64,000 nucleotides of DNA, taken from IMG/VR virus record IMGVR_UViG_3300028388_003025, positions 1 to 64,000 of that record; one strand, written 5' to 3'. This document shows, piece by piece, positions 28,742-40,900 of the stretch. The notes beneath the pieces are model-generated. The model searched no databases and was not told the DNA's origin. It saw only the letters and a program-made list of their open reading frames with translations. The translations under genes were made by a program, and so were the position numbers. The stretch's first letter is position 1. Every line of letters starts with the position of its first letter. The DNA is from a virus.

Positions 28742-29077
28742 ATGTCTGATATTAAAATTGTAAAAGGAAGAATAACAAAGCCTAATTGTCAATTGTGGGA
28801 CAGAGCAGCCACTGGTGGTAGAAAGATCTACAACTATAACAGCGGAATCGTTGATGTTGAAATAACAAGAAATGTTATTAGCTGGGTTGAACAAGGCTTG
28901 ATGGAGTTGGTGAAAGATGATACTCCTGTGGTTAAAGAAGATGATGCTAAAGTTGTTGAAGAGCCAGTTAAGGAAGTTGTTTCTGAGCCTGTTGTTGAAG
29001 AAGGCGAAGAAAAGACCGAAGAGCCAGCACCAAAAAAAGCAAGTAAAAAGAAAAGCAAAAAGAAAAGTAGCGAGTAA
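28742..29077 (+). CDS. Hypothetical virion-module protein with Glu/Lys-rich tail
   Basis: AAGGAGG RBS. Confidence 0.75.
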   Translation: MSDIKIVKGRITKPNCQLWDRAATGGRKIYNYNSGIVDVEITRNVISWVEQGLMELVKDDTPVVKEDDAKVVEEPVKEVVSEPVVEEGEEKTEEPAPKKASKKKSKKKSSE

Positions 29078-29079
29078 CA

Positions 29080-29622
29080 ATGGAACTAGTTGCGTCTGAG
29101 CTTGAGATAAGAGAGAAGTCTCTTTACAAGGATTGGGGCTCAATTGATCCAATGCTTGTCATTAATGTATCTATGGAGGCACAGGATGTTATTTCTGTAT
29201 ACCTAGATACGCCATGGTCAGACAATTCAATTTCTGAGTTACGCGATAACAAACAAATTAAACTAGCACACGTCTTATTGGCGTGTGCTTATTTGTATAG
29301 AGACAAAGCTGTTGAGGCTACTGAAGATAAAGTAACAGAAGAGGTTGGCCCTCTTTCTGAAACTGCAACTGACAGAAACCTTGACTTCTTAAAGTTATAT
29401 GAAAGATGGGAGGCTATGGCATGGAAACATCTCATGGCATATATAAATACTGACGAGCCTCCAGTTTCAAATCCTGATCTATTATCAAAGATGTTGCCAA
29501 CATATATAGAGAGACACCCAAGAGCATATGCGGGAACTGTAAGCGGAGTAGCTTCAGGATCATCAATTGTGGGTAGAGATGCTCAAAGAGTAGTATCCGA
29601 CGGCGACGTCAATATGGTATAA
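29080..29622 (+). CDS. Putative head-tail adaptor
   Basis: Position; helical IKLAHVLLACAYLYR segment. Confidence 0.55.
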   Translation: MELVASELEIREKSLYKDWGSIDPMLVINVSMEAQDVISVYLDTPWSDNSISELRDNKQIKLAHVLLACAYLYRDKAVEATEDKVTEEVGPLSETATDRNLDFLKLYERWEAMAWKHLMAYINTDEPPVSNPDLLSKMLPTYIERHPRAYAGTVSGVASGSSIVGRDAQRVVSDGDVNMV

Positions 29623-29629
29623 TCTATCC

Positions 29630-30358
29630 ATGTCTGGATGGGATACAGCACAAAAATATAAATTTGATGATTACATATTTGATCAGCGGATGCGTGTGTC
29701 TATTTTAAAGACTGATCCGACAAGCAATGGCGCAACAACTATTGAGGTTCATCTTGGATTTAAAAGCAAAGACAAGAATGCTGTAATGGCCTCTTACGAA
29801 AAGGCTAGGCAAATGTTTTTCAAAACAGGATTAAAGTCTGGAAAGTTTTATTACAAATCAGATACTGAATATATTAATGTAAACATAATAGAGAAGGAAG
29901 AGATCCTTCATCCTAAGGGCAAATCGTATTATGTAAGATTAAAGATGGCTACAGAAGATGATCAAAACATTAAAGAGATAGAACATAAAGAAGAGATTAT
30001 AACCATAACTTCATCCAATAATACCCATATATTTAAAACAGTTTCAGATATAACAAACTGGCTACCATTCAAAATGGAGCTAGACATACAGAATAATATG
30101 AGCTACATAGAGATTTATCTTAACGGAAAAGGTCTAGGGTTTGAGTACAGCTTATTGGCTGGAGACATAGTAAAGATAGATACATCAATAGGAGAGTATT
30201 CTGTATACAGGGGTGGAAGCTTAATTGCAAAGAGAAGATATGATGGCGATAACTTAATGATAGTTCAAAACACAAATGAATTTAGCTTTGGCTCAAGCAT
30301 TACCGATGCAGATACTGACCTATTCAATCTTAAGATAGATGTTGAGGAGAAAATATGA
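29630..30358 (+). CDS. Virion protein, distal-tail (Dit)-like
   Basis: LLAGDIVKIDT...NTNEFSF resembles Dit-family C-terminal domain. Confidence 0.45.
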   Translation: MSGWDTAQKYKFDDYIFDQRMRVSILKTDPTSNGATTIEVHLGFKSKDKNAVMASYEKARQMFFKTGLKSGKFYYKSDTEYINVNIIEKEEILHPKGKSYYVRLKMATEDDQNIKEIEHKEEIITITSSNNTHIFKTVSDITNWLPFKMELDIQNNMSYIEIYLNGKGLGFEYSLLAGDIVKIDTSIGEYSVYRGGSLIAKRRYDGDNLMIVQNTNEFSFGSSITDADTDLFNLKIDVEEKI

Positions 30359-31029
30359 TACATGAAATTATTGACCGCTGGACTTCATACTTCCAATCAA
30401 GAAGAGAACTAAAATCTTATACAATAAATTATGACTCAGTAAATGTTGGTGCAGTATCATCAAATGGATACAATGTAATCTTTGTTCCTTTTGCAAAAAC
30501 AAATAAGCAAATGCCAGAGAGTGAAGGTAGGTATCCATCTTACGATATAGTTGTTAGAGTTATTGCATCTGGATCGAGCGAAGAAGATGCAAGTAGGCGT
30601 GCAGAAAGACTTGCTACAAAGCTAGAGGCTTTGTTCATGGCCAATAGAAAACTCTTTGATAGATCAAAGATATTTAAAGGCAATGCATATTATTTAAACA
30701 ACACTGATGTGATCGGCAACGCATATCCAGAAGATGTTCGAGGCATTACGGAGGGAAGGTCTGGAACTCTTCAAAAAGAAGTTGACCTATTTGTGCGCTG
30801 TTATAGGGATGAATACTTGAATTCAATACCAGGTGAGAGACCGGTCAAAGCTCCTGGCGATCCTGACGTGCCAGTAGACAAAGATGAATATCTTGGATGG
30901 TATATGCCAGAAGATCAATCCCTTTACTATAGCGGCCTTGACCCATCAAAGATAAAAGTCTCATTCAGCAAAGAGAATGAACTAGCAATGGTATTTGATT
31001 TAGATACAGGATTGATTGAAAGTAATTAG
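30355..31029 (+). CDS. Putative tail terminator/completion protein
   Basis: Position just before sheath. Confidence 0.5.
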   Translation: MIHEIIDRWTSYFQSRRELKSYTINYDSVNVGAVSSNGYNVIFVPFAKTNKQMPESEGRYPSYDIVVRVIASGSSEEDASRRAERLATKLEALFMANRKLFDRSKIFKGNAYYLNNTDVIGNAYPEDVRGITEGRSGTLQKEVDLFVRCYRDEYLNSIPGERPVKAPGDPDVPVDKDEYLGWYMPEDQSLYYSGLDPSKIKVSFSKENELAMVFDLDTGLIESN

Positions 31030-31058
31030 TTGCATTTTGATTTTCAATGATTTATAAT
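31030..31058 (+). promoter_or_regulatory. Sigma70-type promoter for sheath operon
   Basis: TTGCAT-N17-TATAAT. Confidence 0.65.
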
Positions 31059-31129
31059 ATTATTAATTCAAAGAGGACAGGGATACCGCCCTTTGAGAAA
31101 TCAAAGTAATTTGAGAGGGTGGTATACAG

Positions 31130-33235
31130 ATGACAACTAGAATAATTCCTGGAGTATATTACGAAGAGATAGAAGATAACGTAGTATCGATTAACCAGTT
31201 GCCTTCAGGCGTTGTTGGTATTGTTGGAACAGCAGACAAAGGTCCGCTTAATACTCCAACAAGAATAACTTCATGGGAGCAATTTATCCAAGTATTTGGA
31301 GGCTGGAGAGACGAGCTAACTGGGCCTGCGTCTTATCTTTCTGTTCGTAGACAGGGTGTTGAAGAAATCTATTTTTCAAGAATAGCTGGCTCAACAAAAG
31401 CAAAAGCAGCACAAGACTTCAATCAGGCAGGATCGGTAAAAGCTACTTACACGCTTCCGACTCGTGCTGGTGGAGCAGGCGTTGAATCAACGTTGACACT
31501 ACAAGATGATGGAGCTACTGATCTTATAACTATAACAGCTATAGAGGCTGGCGTTAGTGAAGACAGTATTCAAATCACAATCACAGACGGAACATCAGTT
31601 GGCTATAGCAACGTATCAATTGCTAAGACTGGATTCAATACAGAAACATATTCAAACGTAAGAGTTAAGACTGGCGACAGCAGAGACCTTACAGCACTTA
31701 TTAATAATAACTCAAAATTAGTTACAGCCGTAGCGCTTGCCGATGATGAAACACTAGCTAACATAGCAGCTACACCACTTGCTGGTGGCGCCGATTCTGG
31801 TTTGGATTCAATTAGCATTACTGCAAAACAAGCGGGCACAGAAGGAAACAGCATTACTGTTAAAGTTGATCATGGAGATACTGCTGGAAGAGTTAATGTA
31901 TTGATCACTGATGGTACTACTTCAGAGCTTTTTGAAGACGTTTATCTTGACGGTGTTGGAAATAGAAACTTAGTTGCAATAATAAATGCAACATCATCTC
32001 TTGTAACTGCAGAGCAAATTGCTACTACAGGCACAGGGCCAGATAACAATCCTCACACACAAGTGGCTACAGCTCTTGTTGGTGGAACAGCAGCAACTGT
32101 TGCATTCACTTTAACAGCTGCAGAATATGGTAAGTATGGCGATTCGCTGAAGGTTTCAATAACTGCAGCAATCTCTGGTGGATATAATATAATACTTGTT
32201 GATGCTACTACAAACGCTGTATTGGAAACATATACCAATGTACCGTTCGCAGATGTTGTTACTACAATAAATGCATCTTCTGAATATGTTGTTGCAACTG
32301 CAGGAACATTAGCGGCACTTGAAGAAGTTGATAGCGTTTATCTTGCAGCTGGAGACAACGGCGCAACTACTGTTGATTCTGATTATATTGGAACTGTAGA
32401 TGCTAACGGAAACCGAACGGGGCTATATGCACTATCAGGAGTTGATGTAATAACTATGCAGGTTGCAGCACAGCAATCTTCTACAGCAATTAACCAAGCC
32501 AATGTTTCAATATGTGAATCAGAGGGTGACAGAACTGCTATCATCTCTCTACCTAAAGATTCAACTCTTGCAGAGGTTAAGACTAAGGCAGCATTGACTG
32601 ATTCTAAAATCACTCAACAAGCATGGCCATGGAAAGTTGCTACACATCCAGTTACTGGTGAAGATCTAGTTCTTGCACCTGCTGAATTTTTAGCTGGAAC
32701 ACTATGTGCAAATAAAGTTAATTCATCTCCAAGCAACAAAGCAATACTTTGGGCTTATAGAGATTACAAAGAATTTGGTCCTAACTCTAATGAGATGGCT
32801 GAGCTAATACAAGCAAGAGTAGTTCCTTCCGCAAGAAAGAAATCTACACTTGATCCTACTGGAAGATTTGTATGGATGTCTGGACTTACAACAACGTCTT
32901 CTGTCCATAACAAAGACAAACAGATTTCTGTTATCAGACCATTCTTAAACATTGTTGAAGGAATCGTAGAAGGTCTTGACCCATACGTTTCTGAAAACAA
33001 TACACCATACTTGAGAGCAGCTGTTAGATATTCATCTAAGAGATATTTAGAGGGATATGTTAAGAGCGGAACTTTATCTAGCTATTCTCTTAAGTGTGAC
33101 GCAAGCAACAATACAGAAGAAGATTCTCGTAACGGTTATCTGTATGTTGATATTGATTTATATTTTACTTATCCAGCAGACTTTATAACTCTTAGAGTTA
33201 AAAGAGACCCTGCCGGAAATATTGAAGCAGCATAA
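31130..33235 (+). CDS. Contractile tail sheath protein
   Basis: PGVYYEE, GIVGTADKGPLNTPTRITSW..F...FGG, C-terminal PADFITLRV. Confidence 0.93.
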   Translation: MTTRIIPGVYYEEIEDNVVSINQLPSGVVGIVGTADKGPLNTPTRITSWEQFIQVFGGWRDELTGPASYLSVRRQGVEEIYFSRIAGSTKAKAAQDFNQAGSVKATYTLPTRAGGAGVESTLTLQDDGATDLITITAIEAGVSEDSIQITITDGTSVGYSNVSIAKTGFNTETYSNVRVKTGDSRDLTALINNNSKLVTAVALADDETLANIAATPLAGGADSGLDSISITAKQAGTEGNSITVKVDHGDTAGRVNVLITDGTTSELFEDVYLDGVGNRNLVAIINATSSLVTAEQIATTGTGPDNNPHTQVATALVGGTAATVAFTLTAAEYGKYGDSLKVSITAAISGGYNIILVDATTNAVLETYTNVPFADVVTTINASSEYVVATAGTLAALEEVDSVYLAAGDNGATTVDSDYIGTVDANGNRTGLYALSGVDVITMQVAAQQSSTAINQANVSICESEGDRTAIISLPKDSTLAEVKTKAALTDSKITQQAWPWKVATHPVTGEDLVLAPAEFLAGTLCANKVNSSPSNKAILWAYRDYKEFGPNSNEMAELIQARVVPSARKKSTLDPTGRFVWMSGLTTTSSVHNKDKQISVIRPFLNIVEGIVEGLDPYVSENNTPYLRAAVRYSSKRYLEGYVKSGTLSSYSLKCDASNNTEEDSRNGYLYVDIDLYFTYPADFITLRVKRDPAGNIEAA

Positions 33236-33247
33236 GGAGGTTAGAAA

Positions 33248-33964
33248 ATGGGTTACAACTTTTCTAGGGAAGCACAGTTAAGGGAATTAGACAGATTAAA
33301 AGCCCCTCTAGTTGGTAAGGATGTCGTAATTGAGATTCACGTACCGACAGACGCTGCTGGAAATCCATCCACAACTGGTGGAACTACAATGATTTACAAG
33401 GGACAGTATACAGACGTTAGTAGATATACCAACTCTCGTATTGTTGAATATGTTGAGACTGGGTATTCTACTCCGCTTAACATTGCAACAAACTATAGTT
33501 TTGGTGGAACGCTTGCTAAGGGTGACGTTGATGATGTTTTATCTCAAATAGCATTTGGTACTACAAAATTAACAAGATCTGGTGGACGTTTATTTAATAG
33601 TCCTGGCGATGCAGGAAACGATGTTCCTCCAACAGAAACTATTCTTGATGGTGATAGACCATATCTTACAAACGCTACTGCGTATGACAACTGGCAAAGA
33701 TCTTCACAGTCAGCAATGACTATCAATCCTTATATCTTAAAGATATTTAAGGCTTATACTGGTAGTGCAGGTGAAGATACTGTAAGGTCTGGAACCCCAT
33801 CTGGCGGAGAGTCAATTGATTTCTCTAAAGATTATGGTAGGGTTCATATCTATGAAGAAGTAGTATTCTCAAACTTCAGAGCAGTTTCAAATGCTGGATC
33901 AGACATATCAACTCACGTAGTTGATTGGTATGCATCTGGTTGGGAAATACAAGAACTAGCTTAA
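33248..33964 (+). CDS. Tail tube protein
   Basis: Directly after sheath; strong RBS. Confidence 0.7.
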   Translation: MGYNFSREAQLRELDRLKAPLVGKDVVIEIHVPTDAAGNPSTTGGTTMIYKGQYTDVSRYTNSRIVEYVETGYSTPLNIATNYSFGGTLAKGDVDDVLSQIAFGTTKLTRSGGRLFNSPGDAGNDVPPTETILDGDRPYLTNATAYDNWQRSSQSAMTINPYILKIFKAYTGSAGEDTVRSGTPSGGESIDFSKDYGRVHIYEEVVFSNFRAVSNAGSDISTHVVDWYASGWEIQELA

Positions 33965-33970
33965 TAACAT

Positions 33971-34018
33971 ACCCGGCAAGCCTCTTGATAATGCTCAAAT
34001 GTGCCGGGTTTTGTTTTG
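33971..34018 (+). terminator. Terminator-like stem with T tract
   Basis: ACCCGGCA...TGCCGGGT-TTTGTTTTG. Confidence 0.6.
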
Positions 34019-34045
34019 TCAACACATGACTATTTTATTCAACGC

Positions 34046-34074
34046 TTGCGTTACTGAATAATTAATTATATAAT
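34046..34074 (+). promoter_or_regulatory. Sigma70-type promoter
   Basis: TTGCGT-N17-TATAAT. Confidence 0.6.
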
Positions 34075-34107
34075 TCATTCATATTAAAATACATGGAGGA
34101 ATTACTT

Positions 34108-34455
34108 ATGGCAGAAGAAAAGAAGACAGCAAAGAATCCGGTTATAGAATTACCAATAAGCAAGAAGAAGATAGAGCTACGAATAGCAACTGGTAAGGAC
34201 GAGGTCAAGGCTAACAATGTTAAGCCTATAAAGGCTGGCGATCCAGAATCTTATGTTGCAAATAGACGTGCCTTGCTTTGCTCTACTGTTGTATCTGTTG
34301 ATGGTGAAGCTGTTGCTTTTGTTTCTGATAATCTTGACGAGTTACCGCTTAGAGATAGAGGCGTTCTAGAAACTGCATACCAAGCAATCAATGAAGTAAC
34401 TGAGCAAGACGAATCTGCAGTTAAAGAGGTAGTTAACCCTTTTTTCGGAAAGTAG
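34108..34455 (+). CDS. Tail assembly chaperone (G-like)
   Basis: IELPISKKKIELR..TGKDE, LPLRDR; GGAGG RBS before ATG 34108. Confidence 0.8.
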   Translation: MAEEKKTAKNPVIELPISKKKIELRIATGKDEVKANNVKPIKAGDPESYVANRRALLCSTVVSVDGEAVAFVSDNLDELPLRDRGVLETAYQAINEVTEQDESAVKEVVNPFFGK

Positions 34456-34898
34456 TCGTAATCGGGGATGTCGCTGGTTTCGGCTTAAGTGAAATACTAG
34501 ACCAAAGTTTAAAAACAATAGAGAGCTTATACATAGCTTCTGTTGACTATGGTAATCTTGAAGGCAAAGGTCAACAACAAGAAGCTGAGCAATCTCCTGA
34601 GAATGTCATAGACGAAGCAATCCTTGCTGGTGATATAGTAAAGATAAAAGACGGCGATCCTGATGTTGAAAAAGAAATAAAGAAATGCATCGATAGTTAT
34701 GAGAATTTAGGAATAGAAGTTGATCAAAAGATGCGCGAAGAAATATCTAAGAAGTTTTACTATAGATCATCTAACCCAGATGCCAACATGATAGTAGGAA
34801 CAAGCATGACTCTTGCAGAACTTAAGTCACAAACTCCTGTTATAGATAATAAGGAGAACTTTGAAGCAGGTAAAGCACAGGTTCAAGCACATAATTAA
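34437..34898 (+). CDS. Tail assembly chaperone -1 frameshift extension (GT-like)
   Basis: Slippery CCCTTTTTTC at 34437-34446; -1 frame open to TAA 34896-34898. Confidence 0.8.
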   Translation, partial: PFFRKVVVIGDVAGFGLSEILDQSLKTIESLYIASVDYGNLEGKGQQQEAEQSPENVIDEAILAGDIVKIKDGDPDVEKEIKKCIDSYENLGIEVDQKMREEISKKFYYRSSNPDANMIVGTSMTLAELKSQTPVIDNKENFEAGKAQVQAHN

Positions 34899-34913
34899 TG
34901 CTATAATTAACCC

Positions 34914-37900
34914 ATGGCTTTTGATAATATCGATGAACTTCAGTTACGCCTGCAACAACTTGAGGGCAAGATATATGGCGGCACAAGTGGCGAAGACATA
35001 TTAGATCTTTTTGAAGAGAAGGAAGAACTTGAAGGAAAGCTAGCGCGTGCAAAGTCTTTTATCTCAAATACGACTGACTCTGATTATCCAAATCTATATT
35101 TAGAAAATACTATATACGATCAAAACAAAGCAAATCTGCAGAAGATGATCTCACAGCAGGAGACAGAACTAATTCATGCTGATAATTCTTTTAAGTCAGA
35201 ATCATATAAAGAATTTTTAAGAAAAGATATTTCCACAAAAAAGAAAACTATAGACAAGATGATGGGCAAGAGCGTTCCACTAACAAAAGAGTTTAGTAAT
35301 TTTTATGGCGAAGACATTTCTATAAAAAATAAAACACATTCATTAATAGATACGCACGGAATAGGCAGGGCCTATCAAAGGTTTCTTAAAGATATGGAAA
35401 CTGGAAAGGTCTCAAAAATAGATTCTGCTACTGGGATTGCATATGATAAAAACATGCTAACTCCTGCAGACATATTTAAAGATGCAAGATCTGCGCTTGC
35501 TGGAGCTGTAACTAACATGTCTGGCAAGAATGATGACATTGTCCCAATAATAATGGCTAGATCAAATGCATTTGATTTAGCAACTATAACAGAGGCTTTT
35601 ACTGACCCGTATTCTAAGCAATCAAGAATGGTCGACATGATAAGAGATGGTAGCGTGAAGCTAGCTGGCGATCCAATATTAGTTAACAAGTTATCTTTAT
35701 ACAACGCAAACAAGCTTGAAAGGCTTAATGATACTGAGATAGAGTTCTTCAGAATGATGGAAGGGAATAGGTTGAAGTTTACTCCTATCGGAGCCAGGGC
35801 TGCAATGTTTCCTGAAGGCAGAGCAACATATGTCAAGAATAGAATAACAAAAGGGAAAAATATATCAGCAATAGGATTGTCTAGACTAAGGGGGTTAGAC
35901 AGCGCTGCATCATTTTCTGGCGCGTCAAATATAATCGACGAGTCGGTGACAGCCTATAACGAAGTATTTAAATACATTGCAAATAATTTCTTTGGCAACG
36001 TTGGCGCAAAGGTTGAAAGAGTTGATAGGCTTTTTGACGAAATATTTTATGGCAATCCAGAAGATGGGGCAAAAAGATTAACGAAGTTTATATCCAGAGA
36101 AAGCATTGCCCAGCCAATAAGAGAGAAGATAATTGAATCAATATATGGATACAAGCCATCTAAGAGACAAATAAGGGCTGAATATAAAAGCATATCAGAG
36201 GCTGTAATATCCTGGGTTAGAGGAGAAAGAGTATTTCCAAATACAAAAACTATAGGGACAGGATCTGAGCCAGGCAAGCAGTATATAACTGGAGATTTCA
36301 GGACAGTAATGTCTAGGTCAGCAATGAGAAAGAAAGCTACACAGAAGTTTATACCTACAGGTCACGACATGAGAGCGTTTATTAGCGCTAGAGAGTCGCA
36401 GCTTATAGAGAAAAAATTCCTGCTAAAAGAAGATAAGTGGAGTTTGTGGACTGGAATATTTACTAAAGATACTGACGAGATAAAAGAGGTTACTCAAAAG
36501 ATATTAAAAGAAGAACCATATGCTGCTCTTGGTGGTGGATTCAAATCGGCAAATAGAACTATAAACGAAATAATAAGAGCTTCATTCATGGCGGAGTCAT
36601 CGCTAGACATTGACGAAGCTAGGGATATATTCCTTGCCAGCAGAGCTGCAAACTACTCTCAAGATAGTAAGAAGTTCGCTTCATATGCAAGAAGAACAAG
36701 AAGCATGGGATACGATGATTTCGTTTCTATGTCAGAAAGATTTAGAACATATAGAGGTCGCGGGGATTCATTAAGAAATTTACAAAGACTAACCCTTCAA
36801 GGCTTTAGAAATATGAATTCATTAGAGTCTTCTGCTAAATCATATGGTTATGATGCGCTTATAAGTAGAATAGCAAAAAGTTTAGATAGAGATTTAATAT
36901 TAAAGACAACAGAGTCAGACGTAGGAATGGATATACTTGATAGTGTGAAAGGTATAAACCTTAGACAAGCTGCAGTTGAGCTGCTTTATGATCAACTGTC
37001 AGCATCTGGAGTGTCATTAAAGAATGTTAAGTCAAAGAGGGCAGAGCTTTCAAAGACAACATTGCACGGCATGATAAACCCACTACTGCTTAGAGACAGG
37101 GGAACGAATAGATTTGCTGGAAGAATGTTGTTCGATATTCCTGACAGGGCCGCAGGGCAGGTTGGTGATTTTGCTTCTGAATATTTAAAGATATTTAAAA
37201 ACAACCCTGGATTATTTTCATCAATGATGGATGTGTCTGGCTTAAACTTAATGGCGCAGCCAATGAACAAGGCTGGCGGTTTTACAAAACAGAATATAAA
37301 CATGCAGCTTAACGATGCTAAGGATTTTATTTCAAAGTTTATTGATCCATCATCTGGTAAGGCTAGGCAAAATATGACGTCTAGAGACAAGGTTATGTAT
37401 CGTATGTTCATAGGCCAAAGTGGATCACAAATGATTGAAGACATAGATAAATATAAGCAAAGCCTTTCTGAGGCAAGGCCAGCAATAAATGATATTGTGG
37501 CAAATGCAAATAGAAATAATAAGCTAAAAAGAATAATGACAAATCTATCTTCAATCGATAAGGCTGATCTAAACAGGATAGATTCGACATATTCTGAAAT
37601 GGTTGACAACATGAAGCTTCAGGTATCACTGCTTGGTGGCGACCCGAATTCAAAAGAGTATTCAGATTTTATAGTTGATGAATCTGCGCGGGCATTAAAC
37701 AGAATAGTAATGGGTTCTAACATGGACAATATATTTACTGCCAAGCTAAAGATGGTGCTTGATGAAAACGATTTAAAGGTTGGCAATAGGCTTGACGTTA
37801 GACGAAACACATATAGCAATCTTAGGGATAAAAGGCTAATAGGTTTTGACTTAGAAACACACGGAACAAAATATTCTCAGGGCGACGTTTACCAATTTGG

Positions 37901-40900
37901 AGCTACAGTAAGAAGAAAGGGAAAGACTACTAACTTTGCCGTAACATTGCCATTCACGTTTAAGGAAGGCGGGAAGAGTTCTGCACTTGTTGGGGCATAC
38001 ACTGGAACACAAGGGCCATCAAAGAAAGATCTTAGAAGATTAAGATCATTAAACAAATATATATCTGGACTTGATCCAGATCTAGCTGGAACATATTTTG
38101 CAGCTTACAATGCAGAGTTCGACTTAAAGAAGCTAGACTCCTGGATAAATGCTGTCGAGGGTTCTGCAGATGGACTTACTGCTGACCCATACTATCAAGA
38201 GTTAAAGAAGTTTCAGAAGTTTGTTGGCAGAGCCACTAGAAGAGGGAAGACAATCGATGTATTTGATGTTGTAAAAAATGTCAGCATAAATGACAAGTCA
38301 TTTAGGACGTCTACTTCTCTATCGCAAACAAAGGTAGCGTCAATGCTTGGCATAATGTTCTCTAATGCTCATGACGCTGGTGCAGACACGAAGGCAATGA
38401 TAGATGTTTTACTTGAGCTAGAAAAGAAACATGGGAACTTGTTTTCATATGGTGCACATAAGGGGAATAGATTTGTTGGCTCGGTAGAAGCTGGGGCAGG
38501 CTTCCTAGGAACAATGACAAAGATGTATGACATTGCAGATGAAGTTGCTAAGAGGCATGGGTCAAGCAATTACGAAAGAAGGCAATTCATAAAGATGATT
38601 GAAAAATCAGCTAGGTCAACAATGACAAAAGCTGTAAGGATTGTGTCAGAGAAGTCTATGTTCGAGCACGGCAGAGGCGCCAATGTTGGCGACAGCGTGA
38701 TGGATATGACCAAGGCCAGAAGGGTAGAGGTTGCACCAGAATCTGTTGGCGCAATAAAGGAAATGCTTATTGATATAGCGAGTATAGACAATAAAGATTC
38801 CTTTAGAGCTCTATTAGACAGGGGCTTCAATAGTGGGGTTAACAAGCTTTATCAAAAGGCGTACCAACTGGTAGAGGGTGATAGAGAAGTTGTTAGCCTA
38901 ATGAAGTATCTGCCTACTAGAAGAACAAAAACAAGTAGCAGTCAAGTAATACAAGAAGTGGTTAAGAGGATAAGATCTGGAGCATTAACCAACACAAGGC
39001 AAATAAAGGGTGCAATGCCTAGGATTATATTTGATCTATACCTTGAAAGCATAAAGCCAAAGAAGGAATTAAGGGCGACACAGTCATTTATAAAAGGTTC
39101 ATACACAGTAATGAAAGGTATTGGCAACTCAATAATGCGACGCGGAATCCCGACAGACGCAGAGGTGGCAGAGAATGTCAGAGCCCTTAGGGCCAATAAG
39201 GCTTACTCATATATATATAAAACTGCTGGAGATATAGAAGACAGGCTAATGGCTGCTTCAAGAAAGTATATAGAACCAATAACAGAAACAATAATGAAGC
39301 CTATCAATTTCTTTGCTGATAAGGAGTATGAAAGATTCGTTTCCTCTAAAGGATTTGGGAAGATAGACGATTTACTATCAGCATCTGGAAGCGCTGATGA
39401 TATGCAGAAAGTTTTAGAACATAGAGCTAGACTACATAGGAACGCTTTTAAATACAAACATATAAACACTGCATTCAAGGGAGTGAAGAGTGGACTTGGT
39501 AAAGTTGGTAGAGTGATTGGGCTTGGTGGAAAGCTAGGATTAAATATTCTAGACGCATACCAATTTGCAGATTCTGTATCAATGTTGTTTGGAAAGTCTG
39601 TGCACTTAAAGGGAATGCGCCCTGTACTTATAGATTCTAAAGAGGCGGCTAGACATGCCGTTATGTCTGGTGCGTATGAAAGCGAAAAAGACTTTAATGC
39701 ACAGAGAATATATGGAGCATTTTGGACAGCAAAAGGAATAAAGATGGGCGGCACAGGCGTTAACATATTCCTAAGAGGAGCAGGCAAAGGTTTAGCCAAG
39801 GGAGCCCTAAAAGGTCTTGGTAAAAAAACAATATCAAAATTCGGTATAGGTGCTGGGCTTGCTATGATACCAGTCGTAGGCCCATTTTTAGCTGGTGCAT
39901 ATGGTATTGCAATGGGAATATCAATGGCTATAGACATTGTTGGCCTTGGCCAAATGTTCATGGGTGGCCAAGGCTTTTCTACTCTAGATATATTTAGGAC
40001 AGCTACAGCATATAAGTATGATTCACTAGGTCGAGAGTACACAACTAGGGAGTGGTCTCTCTGGGCAAAGATGCGTGGTCACACTGCGCCTGGATATGCC
40101 GACGACTCTTCAAGCGGTATAAAGCTGCTTGGTGCAGCAGCAGCAATAGCTGCATTCAATGCTCATGGATCAATGCGTACACATAATGTCTCTGATATAG
40201 AAGACTTAATGGGTGCTACAGCAAAAAGAGCATTGATAAAAGACCAGTCAAGCGCACTGCTTAATAGCCTAGAACAAGTTTTCAAAGGGGGAGTCGAAAC
40301 AAAAGACAAGAAAGCTTTTAGGTCAATGTTAATTGATACACAGCGTCGCCTAAAGAAAGAGGTAGCAACAGGATTAATACCTGAATTTGAAGGTACCTCA
40401 ATAAGGCGTCAGTTAGTTAAAATAAACAGGATGCATAAAGCTGGGTATGAAGGGGGCACAGTTAGCGCTGAGCTAGTAAGAACACTTGCCGATGCTAAAT
40501 ATTACATGATGTTCGATAAATACAGAGGCATGAGCATCAAGCAGCGAGACTCGTTGAGACAAGTAATGTTCTCTGAAGATCTAAAGCCTTATCTAAACGA
40601 ATATAAGCATGCATTGTCAATGTCTGTTAACTATCTAACATCAGGAAGTGAAGGAAAGATAGCAGATATATTTAAAGATAATAATATGCTTGGCGAAGTA
40701 GCCTCAATTATTGGCAAGCGTGGAGACAAGAGAATAGATTCTAGTTCGTATGAACATATGGTAGATCTAGTTAAGTCTCAGTTAAAGGCAAAGACTGATA
40801 AGTTACAGAGAGTTCAAAACTTAGCAACTCAAGGCAATGTTGGCTATGAGGCAAACTTACTGAGAAAGGCATACATAAGTTCTGGGTTTTATAAGTCAGA

